64,000 nucleotides of DNA from Octopus sinensis. Lineage: Eukaryota. The stretch lies in contig NC_042997.1 of NCBI RefSeq assembly GCF_006345805.1, forward strand, positions 46,686,001 through 46,750,000. The letters are read 5' to 3'. Within the stretch, counting starts at the first letter, position 1. Every line of letters starts with the position of its first letter. A program made the translations under genes and the position numbers. Below, one piece after another: positions 13,100 to 27,388 of this stretch. Under the pieces are notes generated by a model. That model was not told the origin of the DNA. It did no database searches and saw only the letters and a list, made by a program, of their open reading frames with translations.

Positions 13100-13725
13100 A
13101 ATATTGATTACAAATTTTGGCACAACTTCAGCAATTTCGGGGGAGAGAATAATTCGATTACATCGACCCGGATACTCTACTGGTACTTATTTTATTGAGT
13201 CTCAAAGGATAAACGGTAAATAAGGCGGCGGGCTGGCAGAAACGTTAGCAGGCCGGGCGAAATGCTTAGCGGTATTTCGTCTGCGTTACGTTGTGAGTTC
13301 AAATTGCGCCGAGGTCGACTTTGCCTTCCATCCTTTCGGGGTCGATAAATTAAGTACCAGTTACGAACTGGGGTCGATGTAATCGACTTAATACCTATGT
13401 CTGTCCTTGTTTGTTCCCTCTGGAATTCTATCTCAGGACATAAAGACGGTCGAAATGCCGCTAAGTATTTCGCCCGACGTCCTAACGATCTTGCCAGCTC
13501 GCTGCCTTCTCTGAACTTATAATATAAAACCAATCAACACCAAGCAAAATGTTCAGCGGTATTTCTCCTGCCTTTACGTTCTTGGTTCAAATTCTGCCCA
13601 TGTCATCTTACCCTCTCATCCTTTCAGAATTGATAAAATAAAACCCGTTAAACACTGTAATCAATGTAATCGACTTATTCACTCCCTCGAAATTGCTAGC
13701 CCTGTGTCAAAGTTTGAAGTCAGTA
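13100..13725. mobile_element. Cluster of four family D SINE fragments in alternating orientation (-,+,-,+)
   Basis: 13100-13220 (-), 13222-13420 (+; AAGGCGGCGGGCTGGCAGAAACGTTAGC...), 13420-13508 (-), 13540-13725 (+); all match 27153-27388. Confidence 0.8.
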
Positions 13726-14004
13726 TTAAACCAATCAATAATATATGTTCCAAATGCAACAAGTTTCAAGAACAATAGTGGTTTATTGGTGTAGAAAGCT
13801 GTAAATGTTTCCCATATCGAAGTTCAATGAGCTGACAAAAGTTATTTTATAGTTCCTGGTTAGCAACCGGAGTTGCTAATTATGCGAATAAAAATCCAAG
13901 TTTAGGGAATGGAGCAGGTAAAATTTAGGCTACTTATGCATTGTAGCTAGGAGGACCTCGGAAGTAGTAATTACTCAACGAGGGGTACTTTATACACACA
14001 CACA

Positions 14005-14037
<33 letters not shown>

Positions 14038-14111
14038 AAAATTTCCTGGTTTGAAGGGTATCGCAAAAAACCTGATTGGACGCCCAGATTTCCGAGTTCT
14101 TTTACAGGGTT

Positions 14112-14478
14112 TAATATTTATTACCTGTAAAAAAAAACCTTATCACTTCGCACATATATCAAGAGCTATATGATATTTTTAAGTGTAATGGTAGGGAGGT
14201 AATCAAGATGAACTTAATAATTTCACTAGATATACCATACTAGCTTTTATTTAACCTGCATAGATTATTGAGAAATTTTATAAAATAAATAATTTGAATA
14301 AAGTGAAATTTAAATATTTTTGAAACTTTCCTTTATAGGGTTGCATAAAATCCATATATCTAGTGAAATTATTAAGTTCATCTTGATTACATCTCTTCCA
14401 TTACACTTTAAAATATCTTATAGGCTCTTGATATATGTGCTAATTGATAAGGTTTTTTTTTACAGGAAATAAATATTA
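14112..14478. repeat. Foldback element with ~120-bp inverted arms
   Basis: TAATATTTTATTACCTGTAAAAAAAAACCTTATCA...TTTCACTAGATATA pairs with TATATCTAGTGAAA...TGATAAGGTTTTTTTTACAGGAAATAAATATTA. Confidence 0.85.
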
Positions 14479-15290
14479 TGTCTAGCATATTCCTTTAATT
14501 TAACTCATTAATGAAAATAATTTACTATTTACTAACTAAATATAAATCTATATTAATAATCTGATATATATATATATTTATAAATATGAAAGGATTTCCA
14601 CACTCCCCATCCCTATATAAGATACTAAAATTTATTAGAATCCTTTGGAAAAAAACTATCTAAAGGATATTTATTTAAAATCACAAGCAGGTTTAAGGCT
14701 GTAAAATGGTTAAGTGCATTAGAAATCTCTATTCTCCTTACCCCACTAGCTTCAGCCTACTAACTTTACCTAAAATACATTCAAATGTGCCAAAGTTAAA
14801 TTCCTCAGAAAAGGGTTGACTTTGTGGTTCCGACATTTGAACTACCCCTTCCTCTATCTATAAATAGAAAGAAATCTTGTTTATCTCCACTGAACTTAGT
14901 AAAAAAAAACTTTCATTGGTAAATCTAAATAACAAAGTGAACTCAGTGATAAAAAATCTGCCAATGAGGAAAGATCTACTACCGTGTTCTTACTGATGAA
15001 ATTCACCTCTGTGTCTATATATCTACCCTCTTTGTAATGTTGGCAAAAGGAAACCTTGTCAATTTAATTTTAAAAATTCCATATGCTCTACATTGAAAAC
15101 TGAAGTAATACTTACATTGTTTAATAAAATGAAGTAGCATGAAACGATTGTACTACACCACCTTTGGATATCCTTGTTGCTTATTTTGATTATAATCACC
15201 CCATTTGATTTATATGGATAATACCATACCAAATTCTGCTGCTTTTAACTTAAGTACCATATTCATCGAAATCTAAATTTTTGGTGAACT

Positions 15291-15348
<58 letters not shown>

Positions 15349-15853
15349 TATCTACAAGCATTCATACATATGTACGTTATATTCATACATACACAAAGGG
15401 AGAGAGTGTGTGCGTGTTTGGAAGAGAAAAATCACGCAAATAACACGTGTAAGTTTATGAGGTAAAGAGTGAGACAAACGAAAGTTCGTGGTTGAAAACA
15501 TTGTAGAAATGCAATGATGCCAAACGAGTGTACATACAGTAAGACACATCATATAATCTAACGTTCCGGATGATATGCTTTATCAAATAGGACCAAGGAA
15601 TTAAGGGATACAATAGAAGAGAAAATATATAGGGTACCAATACCTTTATCTATTTAACTGTCTCTTTGTATGTGTATATGTATCTGTCTGTCTATCTATC
15701 TCCCTTTCTCTCTCTCTTTCTCTTCTCTCTCTCTATATATGTATATGTATATATGTATATATGTATGTATATGTATATATATATATACGTCCTCATTTTT
15801 ATGGAAGTATTATCTAATACTATTTAATAATAAATAAGTTGAAAATATATCTT

Positions 15854-16052
15854 CAATTCTTTAGCATTTAAACCGACTATATGTAGCCAAAATATTCTAC
15901 ATGTTTGATGTTCACAGTGGCCTGATCTGGCCTTTCACACCAACCCTACAATGTCATTCTAAAAATAAAGTTACCTCGTCAAAATTCCATTCTACATTGT
16001 GAATAAGAAAGCTTTAGATTTGATAGAGTAATCTGAATGCTAAAATGGTCAA
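15854..16052. mobile_element. Degraded MITE with piggyBac-like termini
   Basis: Imperfect terminal inverted repeats TCAATTCTTTAGCATT / AATGCTAAAATGGTCAA, resembling TTAA-CCC-type ends. Confidence 0.4.
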
Positions 16053-16826
16053 CGAAGATAACGCTATTGTTATTGTGGATACGTGAGACTATCTCTACAA
16101 CATAAAAGTTAAAGCTGGAACGTTGCTTGATCAGCAGTAAGTATATCATAGATAGAAATACATTAGTGTTATAATATTAGTGTATGATGTGTTGGTTCGG
16201 CCCCAATGGAAATACGATTGATGCTAACATACACTTCTTTAAGCTGATATTCGTACCACTGGCACTTTCGAATGTGTTAGTGGGATTTCTATACCATAGT
16301 TAATGGGATTTCTATGCCGTTGTTATTGATTGATCCGTCATGTTTATCAAGCAAATATTGGGAGATTATTGATGAAAGTTTCCGTTCGATAAAGCCTTCT
16401 AATGTTCTTAGATTATTATACCTCCAGTCTACGCTACCAAAAGATCTCTCATTTTTGCTTCCTGAGTTTTGCATATAACTTCCTTATACACTTTGTATAT
16501 AAAATATATACAATTTTTCTATTTGCTTTGAAATCTGAGTTAGATTCTAAAGTTTTGAAATGTTTTATGCCCCTTCTATATTTTCACATAACGTATTTCC
16601 AAAAGACTAAGTTTTCGATATCTAATGGATTTTCTTATTTATTTTCGTCTCTCATAAGGTTTTATACACTGATTAATTTTCATAATGAATTATTTGAACT
16701 GGCTGGCTACTTCACTCTTGTGCGTAGAGTATGTGAACATCACGTAAAGGTTTTTGAGAACTACTAAACAAACATTCTAATAATATTTGTAGATTTCATA
16801 TGAGTAACTGAAGAATGGGCGTGTCA

Positions 16827-17045
16827 ACCTATTACCCACAAGGGGCTAAACACAGAGCGGACAAACAAGGACAGACAAACGGATTAAGTCAATTATATCG
16901 ACCCCAGTGCGCAACTGGTACTTATTTAATCGACTCCGAAAGGATGAAAAACAAAGTCGATCTCGGCGGAATTTGAACTCAGAACGTAGCGGGAGACGAA
17001 ATACTGCTAAGCATTTCGCTCGGCGTGCTAACGATTCTGCCAAAC
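16827..17045 (-). mobile_element. SINE family D
   Basis: Reverse complement of 27153-27388, including the TTTAGCCCCTTGTGGGTA tail. Confidence 0.85.
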
Positions 17046-17229
17046 CAAATGGTGACCGGGCAAACGAGAAATAATGTACGCGGTAGCTCGACCTGTTATA
17101 AATAGCAGTCAAAATATCTTCCTCCAATAACAACGTGAGAAGAAACGAAGGAAGGCAGGCAGGTGGAAGGAAGGAAGGAAGGACATGTTGAATATTGTGG
17201 ATCAGAATACCATACATTTCAAAATTACA

Positions 17230-18100
17230 ATGGGACCTCTATAGTTAGAAACCCTTTGACTTTAGGTCTTCTCGGCAGAGATAACATGGGGCTAATCACC
17301 AACAATGACCCTAAGATGCTTGCAGGTAGATGTATATGTAAAATTTTATCTCTTGTGACTATCCCATTATGTATAAGCAGATATGGCAAATAATACAAAA
17401 CATAGAATAGATTTCGAAGCATCCTATAGCATCATGTAAATGAAGAAGGCTCTCTTGAACATAATGAGTTTAAGAATTAGGTAGTTAGAGATAAGTAGAA
17501 GATATTCAACGTGCTAAGAAGATACATGCGTAATATACTCATGGATATCACGGATATCACGCCTAATAGGAAATCGATAGAAAATAGGCTGGAAAAAGAA
17601 GTGGAACAGCTACTTGCCTTGGTTAACGTTGCAAATGATATGCTACTATTGTTGAGGTTATCTTTAATGTTTTTCCTGTTGTTTCATATCAACGAGGTTA
17701 ATGTTGATGGAGCAGACCTATGCTAGTCGGTCAAGTGCCAGGGTGTAATCAACATATCAAATGTTTCTTTTGTAACTTACATCTGATTACGTTGTCTGTT
17801 TACACTGTGCACTCCAATTTATAAGGATTCATGCGGCTCCACGAATTGTTGAATGTTTTAGGAGTTCGTTTGCAACCTTGAGATTCAGTTTCGGTTCTGG
17901 AGAATGTTATTTAGATGAAATTTCTTCTGTTTCAATATGAGGAAATTCTCGTGTAAGTTCATCTGATGACCTATAACTCTAATTAAGCAGGAGAGACTTC
18001 TCATTTACTAAGCAGTGTTTATATTGAGGGATGATTAACTGAGGGACAGAAGTATCTCAGACCCTTAAAATAGTTGAAAGAACAACTGGAATTATCAGTT
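17230..18100 (-). pseudogene. Highly degraded RT remnant, possibly Penelope-like
   Basis: Minus strand *YVDYTLA (~17760-17737; cf. RYVDDT), MRSLS (cf. MGSPLS) upstream and LPY downstream. Confidence 0.35.
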
Positions 18101-19639
18101 GTCACAATCAATACATGGTATATTCACTTATTGAGTTAACAATATAACTCTTTAATTGAGTTAGAAATTACTTACAACAGTTTAATATTAATTTATTACG
18201 TATGAATATAACTACAACGGATATCATGAAAATACAAAATAATTTTTTTCCCTTCACCAGGATTATAGGAATGTATATGAAATGAAATCTTCTAAAATCT
18301 AAGCAGGGGATCATGGTGGAAAGTATGACGGAGCTGAGCCAATAGTACGTCCAACCAGATGATGATGTTAATTGAAATTGATTGGTTTGTAGTTCGTTTA
18401 GTATGTTAGATTGCTCATTGTCGCTACTAGTAGCATGAAGAGTGGTCTGCTCACTGGTGACTAAACCGACTTCCCATAAGGCGTGTTTAAAGAAGAGATT
18501 TTTCAAGAAACTCAACGGAAACAAAACAACACCTGTTAGAATGACAGATATAACCAACGTATGGTCTATGGCTATCTAACAATATCACGGTGACTTAGAA
18601 TTTCGATCCCAGTGCCCAGCGAGCTATAGACCATCAGCAAGGTAGCACCGCTTAAATTCTGTTGGAACATGTCTCTAGGGAAGGCACAACTAAAGCTACA
18701 GTTACACCGGCGATTTAACCCTAGCTGGTAGTCTGTATTCGGTAAACTTAGAATTTAGATTAAGAGAACAACTCCATAAATTCTCATTGCCTGTGAGTAC
18801 ATACGAGAAAGCAATGGTTAATTCAATCAACCTAGCAATAAATCTAGTCAGAAGAACTCTCAGAGACCATCGACTCTATTTCTTTCTAAGAGACTACAAT
18901 GCAACGTGTGTATTACACCCACAGCATTTAGCCATAAAGATAGAAATATTTCATTTGTTCACTTTGCCCAGTATTTATGCCTTTCTAAAGTGAATTTCCG
19001 AAATATATTCGTTTCGTCCTGTCCAATAATGTTAAAAAGAATTATCAAACATACCTGTCTTAGAGACATTAGTGCTATTATACAAGAGAGTTTCTTTCAT
19101 CTGAGAATTAAAATTGTACCAAGGAATATGACGCTGCAAAGTATACTACAGTCTCCTGCAGCTTCATATAATCATCTGAATTGAAGCTGAGGCCCTTCCT
19201 TGTAGTTGCTGTATGCATACCGGCACGTGGACGCACTCAGAACACCTATTGTATCCTTTCCCGCGTATCACGGCTTCGTAGTCTCTGTTACAGCTGTCCA
19301 TGTCACTCCTTGCTGCCTCTACAGTGTCCACAGCGCATTTAGCAGTAAACGTAGTGTTGGCATTTTAATACCTAGTGCGAATCCACGTGATACAGATAAC
19401 TCTTTTCCAATACTCAGATGGCTTTCAGTCTTCCATATCAGCTAAATTTTTCTCAATTGTAACTTTAAACTTTATGCTCTCCAACGGCGTTCACTGTTCA
19501 CCAATATAACTGAGACATAAAACTCGCCAAATTGTACCGAATATTATCGAATCCAGAAGGATGTTAGCTAAAATCGACTTCAGCGAATACGAATACAAAA
19601 CAGAGATATATGTAACTACATTCAACAAAGCAGTCCTCC

Positions 19640-19842
19640 TGGAAAAGGACCAGCAATTTTGGGGGGGGGGGTGTTAAATCGATTACATCGACCCCAGTGG
19701 CCAACTGAAACTTATTTAATCGGTGCCTAAAGGATGAAAGGTAAAGTCGACTTCGGTGGAATTTGAACCCAGAACTCAAAAACGGACGAAATACCGCTAG
19801 GCATATTGTCAGTCGCGTTAACGATTCTGCCAGCTCGCCAAC
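19640..19842 (-). mobile_element. SINE family D
   Basis: GATTACATCGACCCCAGT...TAACGATTCTGCCAGCTCGCC matches the family on the minus strand. Confidence 0.8.
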
Positions 19843-20311
19843 TTTTACTTTGTAATAACATTGATGTCCGTGTTGCTTAGAGACATGGCAGCTCTGACGA
19901 CAAGACCGTAGTTAAAGGCATTTAGTCGTGGTGATGTCAACTTCGTTCATGGATTGTCGGTCTAGGTATAAGATACATTATTAATTCTCCCATTATTTTT
20001 TTTTAAGAATGCCATGGGTGATTTACTTGCTTTGATTCAAGTTGTACTAGCGTACCAAAGAGCGAGAACTTTACTTCAATATTCTGTAACATTCCTTATC
20101 AACATGAACTAATAATATTATTCACTTCGTTTTCTTTTTAGTCGCGTTCAACTTTGCTTTTCAGGATCGATAAAATAATGATATTAATTGAATCCCTCCC
20201 TTTGAAAATAAGCTAGATTTGTGCCTAAATTATAAACAAATCTACCACCTGTATTAGAGAATAAATATTCACTATGAATAGTGGCTTTACTGAATCTGAT
20301 ATACATATCTT

Positions 20312-20530
20312 AAGACGGCGATCTGGCAGAATCGTTACTGGGCCGAGCTAAATGCTTAGCGGCAATTAGTCTGTCTTTACGTCCTGAATTCAAATTACGC
20401 CGTGGTCGACTTTGCCTTACATCATTTCGGGGTCGATAAAAAATGTACAAGTTGATCACTGGAGTCGATCTAATCGATTTTCCACCTCCCCTGAAATCGT
20501 TTCCCTTGTGCCAAAATTTGAAATCGTTAT
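20312..20530 (+). mobile_element. SINE family D
   Basis: AAGACGGCGATCTGGCAGAATCGTTA...GTCGACTTTGCC...CCAAAATTTGAAA. Confidence 0.8.
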
Positions 20531-22679
20531 TTACCTGTGTCCCTTTACATTTTGACTATAAATCTCTTTCAAATTGATTTTTCGTTACATATTTACAAGG
20601 TAAAGAAAATGATTAGGAGTCGGGTACTGAATTCAATTTAATATTCTGCAGAAGCGATATCGCTCTGCTCTAATCTGCGTTCTTGTCCAAATTTAGATAT
20701 CAATATCATTTATTCACGCATAAATATTTTTTCATAACCAGGCATTTTAATACACACCGGTTTAACTTTACCCAGAAGTGCAACATATCTCTCGTTACCA
20801 ACGTGTATTGCTGAAACTTCCGAAATTGATATATAGAAAATGTGAGCACTTTGCATATGTTTAAATATTAAATTGTGTAAACAGGCTTTGTTTTTAGATG
20901 ATTTATATGACTGGGGAAAAAAGGTACAGAAAGTTGTTTAATTCCTCCTTTCTTTTCTTTGTAATTTTATTTATTTTTCTTTTGCTCTTTGCATATATGG
21001 AGAAAAGAAAGAGTAAAATGATAGAACCAAACATTTCCATGATAAATATGTTATGAAACAAATATTTAAGCTTATTTAGCATTCTTCATTCCATCTTTCA
21101 CACTCTATACTAGTTCTAGCTAAACTAGCAAGTTGTATTAATAGCACATATGCAGTAAACGAAAAAAAAAAAACGGTTAATATGATTCTGAACATTTACC
21201 AAATGTACGCAAATATAGAAGCATTTCACAAATCTGACAATATTTTCGCATTAACATTAGGGCAGTGAAATGATAAAAATCTACAGCATTTAGCTTTGGC
21301 ATTCTATGTTGTGTGTTTAAATATAATGGAAAAGTCCAGTAAAACACTCTGTATACATATTTTTAGCAAATTGTATCATATTTTCTACACGTATTCATAT
21401 TCTATTCACATGCACGATTGGATTATAGGGATATATTTTTAGATTGAATCAGGTTACTTTTCTCGTAATAGTATCTTTTACTTCTTATGCCATTACAATA
21501 CACAAGACATCATAAAAGGGAAAAGTAAAAGTATTTTCTGTCTGTTCCCAAAACAGGAAGACGAATGGAAGTGACAGATATCAACTCTCTTAACCAGTTA
21601 TACTTATTAATATCATAAGACCCTTGTAAAATATTCCAGTCTGCAAAGATTTAGAAGAACAAACTTATCAAAAATAAGATAACTATCAAAATTTCGTTTG
21701 GAATGTAGATTGATAAATCGGCAGTTCGCATTCCTTCGGTGGTTACTATGTCTTGCTACAAGATAGGGTATCGTGTATATCTAATTAGCTGGAAATACAA
21801 TGATGAAAGTCAGAAAATCTAAATAATTGGACAAAATCCATTACTATTATTTTTCCTCAAAACACAGCACTACCAAATGAAGCTCAGAGTGCCTTAGGCA
21901 GGTATGGTGATTTTTTAGTTATGGGTTTACTGTTGGTTAATACGACTATTATATTATAGGTAATATGCAATCAGAGCATCGTAGTGCTATTTTAATATAC
22001 CGATGAATGCATTTTTGAGTCCTAATTGTAGCTTATTTATCTATGTATATGACCTTTTTCTCTAATGATCTAGAAATCATTTTTAATTAGGGGGATTGTG
22101 TGTATTTTCAGGCTCGACGTTGTAGTTTATTTGTGTTAAGAACACTTTACTCTATGTTGGAACAGGTACTGGTGCTTCTTTCAGTCTTATTATTTCTGAA
22201 AATATCCGTGAATTTAGCCTGTATCTCTCCGTCTACGACTGGAATATCTCGGTGTGTGGCCAATTAGTCATTTTCTGAGGTCTTTTTGGGAAAAATTTCT
22301 GCAAATATTATATAATAGAATTTCCAGCATTTTGGAGCTCTAATTCAATCATACTTGTAAATTTTCTCTCTCTTGTTTATAAGGGAGCCTAGAAACAATT
22401 CGGTTAATTTTTTCATCCCAACTTCGAGATAGTCTACATTTACTTAATATGTTCTTCTGAAAGCTTTCCTCCTGTCAGTCAAATGCTGTGATTTTCCGTT
22501 TTCTGTTCCTCTTCTATTTCATTTTCAGTTTATTCACCATCTAAGTTTTTTCTTGACACCCTTTTAGCATAGCATTTTGCAACCTACCTTATTTTGAACT
22601 TACTTTTCAAATTTATCACTATTTCTGTAGTTTTTCTCCTACTTCTCAAAGCTTTTGGCAATTTAGACTATGCTTTGAA

Positions 22680-22995
22680 TTGGATTAGCAAAAAAGTACG
22701 TTTGTTTTTTTTTTAAAGCAAAAGATAAGACATAAGTTTTAAATACAAAACAGTTTATTCAGTCAACGTAATTACTGTTTCGTTCATTATGTTTCATCAT
22801 CTTCACTGTTCCATGAATTTACAATATATTTACTGAAGAAAAACTCTTCCAGGTGAACTTTTACATCCTCTTCAGAGTTGAAGGTCGGTCCACTCCATGA
22901 ATTGTGAAAAAACCGAAACAGGTGGAAATCTGAAAACGCAAGGTAGCGCGAATATGAAGAGTACAGCAAAACTTCCTGGCTAAAACCCAGTAACT
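22680..22995 (-). mobile_element. mariner transposon 3' remnant
   Basis: YSRYLAFSDFHLFRFFHNSWSGPTFNSEEDVKVHLEEFFFSK is the mariner YSPDLAPSDYHLF C-terminus; TIR-like TTGGATTAGCAAAAAAGT at 22680. Confidence 0.85.
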
Positions 22996-23009
22996 TTTGT
23001 AAGGGAATA

Positions 23010-24200
23010 TGGGTCGGTTGCAGGAACCAAAATCAACGTCGCCAAGTCGATGGGATTGCGACTGGGCATCTGGAGAAGCAGATTGATGCCGTCGGACGCC
23101 GGACTGACGGGCCAGTTAAACTACTCGGGGTCTGGTTTGGTCCCGACGTCCAGGTGACGAACAAGGTAGCCTGTCTTACCCAGAAATGGGCAGAAAGGAA
23201 GCTGTCCCTGAGAGGTGGGGAATGACTACATCACCTCTGTCATTATTTTCGTTTGACCGTCGTGCCTTGTCTCGGTTACTGTTTGATTAGATATGAGCGT
23301 ATCGTTTTTATCGTTCCAATGATCAGGCGATCTGTCTGCTACCAACTCCCTCTGCGTGGCGGCTTAGGTATGCCATGGCTTTTGATGCACAGACACGCAT
23401 CTAGGTTGTGCCACCTGCAACGATTACTCCTTGACGGAGCTGCAGTCATCGGTAAAGGATAAGCTGAGATTAGGCGCCTGATACTTAGAATGTCGTAAGG
23501 TGCTCACTGTCCTCTACAAGTCAGGCAATAGGATCGGTGGATCCTCTATAGCTAAAGGATCGGTAGATCCTCTAGCTCTACACAGCTGTTGTTGCGTTTA
23601 GGGCACATCCGTCTGTCAGCCGAGTTCATAGTGATGATTGCCTCGCCGCTCTCCTTTAATCGGGCAGTCAAAGCAATTTTCCTTCGTCTAGTGGCTGTGG
23701 CGAAAGAGGTAGTCTGGTGGACGAGGCTGAAACATTCCTCTTCGGTAAAGCCCTTATGGACTTTTTCAAGTTTCACTTGAAAAGGTAAGTATGGGTGGAG
23801 AGAGAGATGCGGTTCCCGAGGGAACTTATGAAAAGGGTGGATGAAAATTGCGAAAATGGCAACGATTGATGGTACCGCTCGCAGTGTTGACCTGTGAGTC
23901 GGAAGAAAAGAGTAGGAGAGGGCACTCATCCTTCGTATTCAGGGTGATCTTAGACGGAGGGGTTCCTCGATTATCCCTAGATGTTCTTCTGCATCAGAAG
24001 GACCCCATCACTATCACCTTCCCCTCTTCTTCTTGTGTCGTATACCATGTATGCTTCCCTTCTTCCTGTGTATGACGTGTATACCTTTTTATTTGTCATT
24101 CTATCATGTAAATCCCCACACTTTATGTCTGTCTTTGTATTGTCCCCAATATCCTTCGCCCTGGTGGCAAATAAAAGAAATCCCTACTATTATTGTTGTT
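23010..24200 (+). mobile_element. L1/Tx1-like LINE 3' remnant
   Basis: VKLLGVWFG, WAERKLSLRG, PLRGGLGMP, AKEVVWWTR; pyrimidine-rich 3' UTR ending AAATAAAAG plus a trinucleotide tail. Confidence 0.7.
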
Positions 24201-24759
24201 ATTGTTGTTAGTAGTAGTTGTAGTAGTAGCAATAGTAGTAACAGTAGCAGTAGTAATATTAGTAGTAGTAGTATTTGGGCAAAAGCGGGTGCGTTTAGAC
24301 TTAGAGCAAAGGAAAAAATCTGTTTACATGGTTTATACTTAATGAAAAAGAAAATAAAGAGTATTCTGTTTTGGATGACTACGTTTTAGAATCCTTAAAT
24401 ATCTTCCACTTCCACCTAAGAATGAGGTGAATAATGTTCTTTTATTTTGTAAGCGTTCGTGTCTTTGTGCCACAAGATGTTCTTTATCGTTTAGCAAAGA
24501 GACCGTCAACAATTTTGAACAGGTCTTATAAAATTTTCTGTTCAAGAAAATGATTTGAGAAACTGAAAGACAAAAACGATAACATATATAAAGATGTAAA
24601 TAAATCAGTTTATTAACCAGGAAAAAATAACACTCACAACAGATCTCAGAAATGAAAAACGATAAAAATATGCCAACAAATATTTTGTCAATATTGTCTG
24701 CAAAGACATTATTTTATATATAAGTAAACTTTCTCACTCCGTCTCTCTACTTCCTCTCA

Positions 24760-24761
<2 letters not shown>

Positions 24762-24842
<81 letters not shown>
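24762..24842. repeat. (TATC)n microsatellite
   Basis: Direct reading. Similar long (TATC)n arrays at ~28330-28500, ~49508-49628 and ~61094-61400. Confidence 0.95.
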
Positions 24843-27084
24843 ACTGCCACATATCTATCTAGGTACCATATATCTATCTATGTTTTTATCTAAAACAAAA
24901 GGTCTCTAAAATAGGTATGCCATGAAATATTGTACTGACGCTTTTATCGAAGAGAAAGCTACTAGAAAAGTTTTATATCTCTGACTACTGAAAATCTGAA
25001 GAGGTATTCATTAATCCATAAATGAGAAGCGAAAAGAAAGTATGATTACTATATCAAATTCTGTGGTTTCTATCAGTCAAGGAATGATTTTGAGACTATA
25101 GGTTTTATCTAGGAGAAGGAAACGAAGCTTCAGGCTTACTTGAAGCACTAAACACTTGGCTATAGGTACTTGACACAATATATTAGGCATGTTTCGAGAC
25201 TTTTGCTTATGTTTAGTTATGGTTATCTTTGTGGCGCACACAAGCAGCTTGTTAAAGAAGTCACGATGTTCAAAAATACATGTGGTAGGGCGTGATCCGC
25301 ATAGACATCTGGTGTTGATGATCTCTGAAGGCTACAAAGCAATTGTCGGTGCAGGAAAATAAGCGACATCAAGTTGAGATACTTGTAGGTTTTCTGCTCT
25401 GATGAGACGAAAATGTAGACGTGGTGGGGGATAGTGACGGATAGCAGCAGAACCATTAACAACAACAGCAGAATCAAGAAACCTCTGTTTACAAAACGTT
25501 ATCAGTCCGAGCCTTCAGAATAATTGAAATTCTCATCTTTTTATCTAGCCCAGCGACCAGTGAACGGGACCCAGAGGACCTCACTCCCAGTAGTAACATC
25601 TAAACATCTTGTAGTGAATGGCGGTTGAAGTGATTAGGAAATTGTGGTTCACCAAAAACGTGAACTCGCTGAATAACGGGTGTTCGCATCATAGATAAGT
25701 TACAAACGGGTCTTCTAACTTACCAGGAGAAAGAATCTTAAAAAAGCCCTAAATCGGAGAAAAAGGTGCGGAATTTTCCCACAGCAATGAGGTATTTTGA
25801 GTTTACATATGAGTGCATTAACCAAATTGTGTTACATATTTTGTTTTTATGTGATCTGATGTTTACTAAGTGTTTTAGAACATATCGAATTTTAATATCG
25901 AAATTGTATGACCTCATTATTTCTACCCTCATTTTTATACGATCATGAATTGACCAGCTTCAAATATTTTTTACCTATGTACAAATAATATATATATGTG
26001 TATAATGGAGCTTGGGTTTCGTATATGTTCTAAAAAGAAACATTTATGGAAACACTGTATATATCCAAATATGGATACATCAATTATGATCTGTTCCAGA
26101 TCAAATTGAAACAAGTTTGGAGATTTTATGAACGAAAACGAGAGGAAGAGATGCATAGAGCGGGTGTTCGCGTGATTGTCCACCGACATGGGGCAGAACA
26201 CTAGCTTAGTTACTATAGGACAACGACTAGAGACAGTGACACTTAGATTGTCATTAAAAGCTGCACATCAGTAAGAACACCTGGAGGTCACAGAACTGAC
26301 TCGCAGCATGAGGGAGATTTGTATGAATATCTATATTCTAACGATACTCGAAGACGACAAAATTATTTCCGTATATCTTTAAGGAGTGGAGGAAGCACCT
26401 GTCAGATGGGAGATGAAAGGCAGAAGTTCCAGTGTTCTAACAGACAGACCTGATGGGATTTCTGCCTCAGGGAGAGAGAAAAGAGAGAACATATAGGATA
26501 GATAGTAGGCTGCATTATATTTAACAGCGGCAACAACCCAAGTATACAGAGGTGAGGGCTGCAGAGCAGAAGTTAATAAAACTGCTTCATCCTCAGTACT
26601 ATCAGCACAAAATGATCGAGAAGTAAAGAAGCCTCATTGTCACACACAGGACTGGTTAAAGGTTATGAAGATAAGTATAAATTAATCGTATTACACCTGT
26701 TGGGAAAGGGATGAGACAGGTGAAAATGGAGAAAACGTCGGTAACAATAAGAAAACAAAATTGGCAAAAAAGCAATAAATACTGATGAAAAGAAAAATAG
26801 TTTGATGCTGTTGTCTAGGAAACGGGGCCGACCCGTCGGTTTACCTGCATCCTACAAAATGTAATACTGGATTTAAAACAAAACGAATGAAACAGAGGAG
26901 TAGGACAGCAAGACACTGACCTTAAATGATAGATATTTTATTCCAATCAGATCAGGAGTATCTCAATCGAATTCACGTGGGGGGGATATGCTCTTACATT
27001 TCTTTCTATGTAATTTGTTTTATGTGTCGAATATACTTGGTAACACTTATTTCCACTACACAACTTCAAGGACATAAACGCCGG

Positions 27085-27129
<45 letters not shown>

Positions 27130-27152
27130 ACACAACGGTATGCGCATAAACA

Positions 27153-27388
27153 AAGGCGGCGAGTTGGCAGAAACGTTAGCACGCCGGGAGAAATGCGTAG
27201 CCGTATTTCGTCTGCCTTTACGTTCTGAGTTCAAATTTCGCCGAGGTCGACTCTGCCTTTCATCCTTTCGGGGTCGATAAATTAAGTACCAGTTATGCAC
27301 TGGGGTCGGTGTAATCGACTAAATCCGTTTGTTTGTCCTTGTTTGTCCCCTCTATGTTTAGCCCCTTGTGGGTAGTAAAGAAATAGGT
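27153..27388 (+). mobile_element. Full-length SINE family D
   Basis: AAGGCGGCGAGTTGGCAGAAACGTTAGC head, B-box-like GAGTTCAAAT, tail TTTAGCCCCTTGTGGGTAGTAAAGAAATAGG; about 10 related copies in the window. Confidence 0.88.

Noticed and set aside
18600-19450. Decayed LINE-like stretches (also ~21700-22650, 25200-26700, 44100-44800, 51400-51900, 54520-54660, 63720-64000)
   Set aside because: Only isolated partial motifs are visible; clade and limits cannot be supported by eye.
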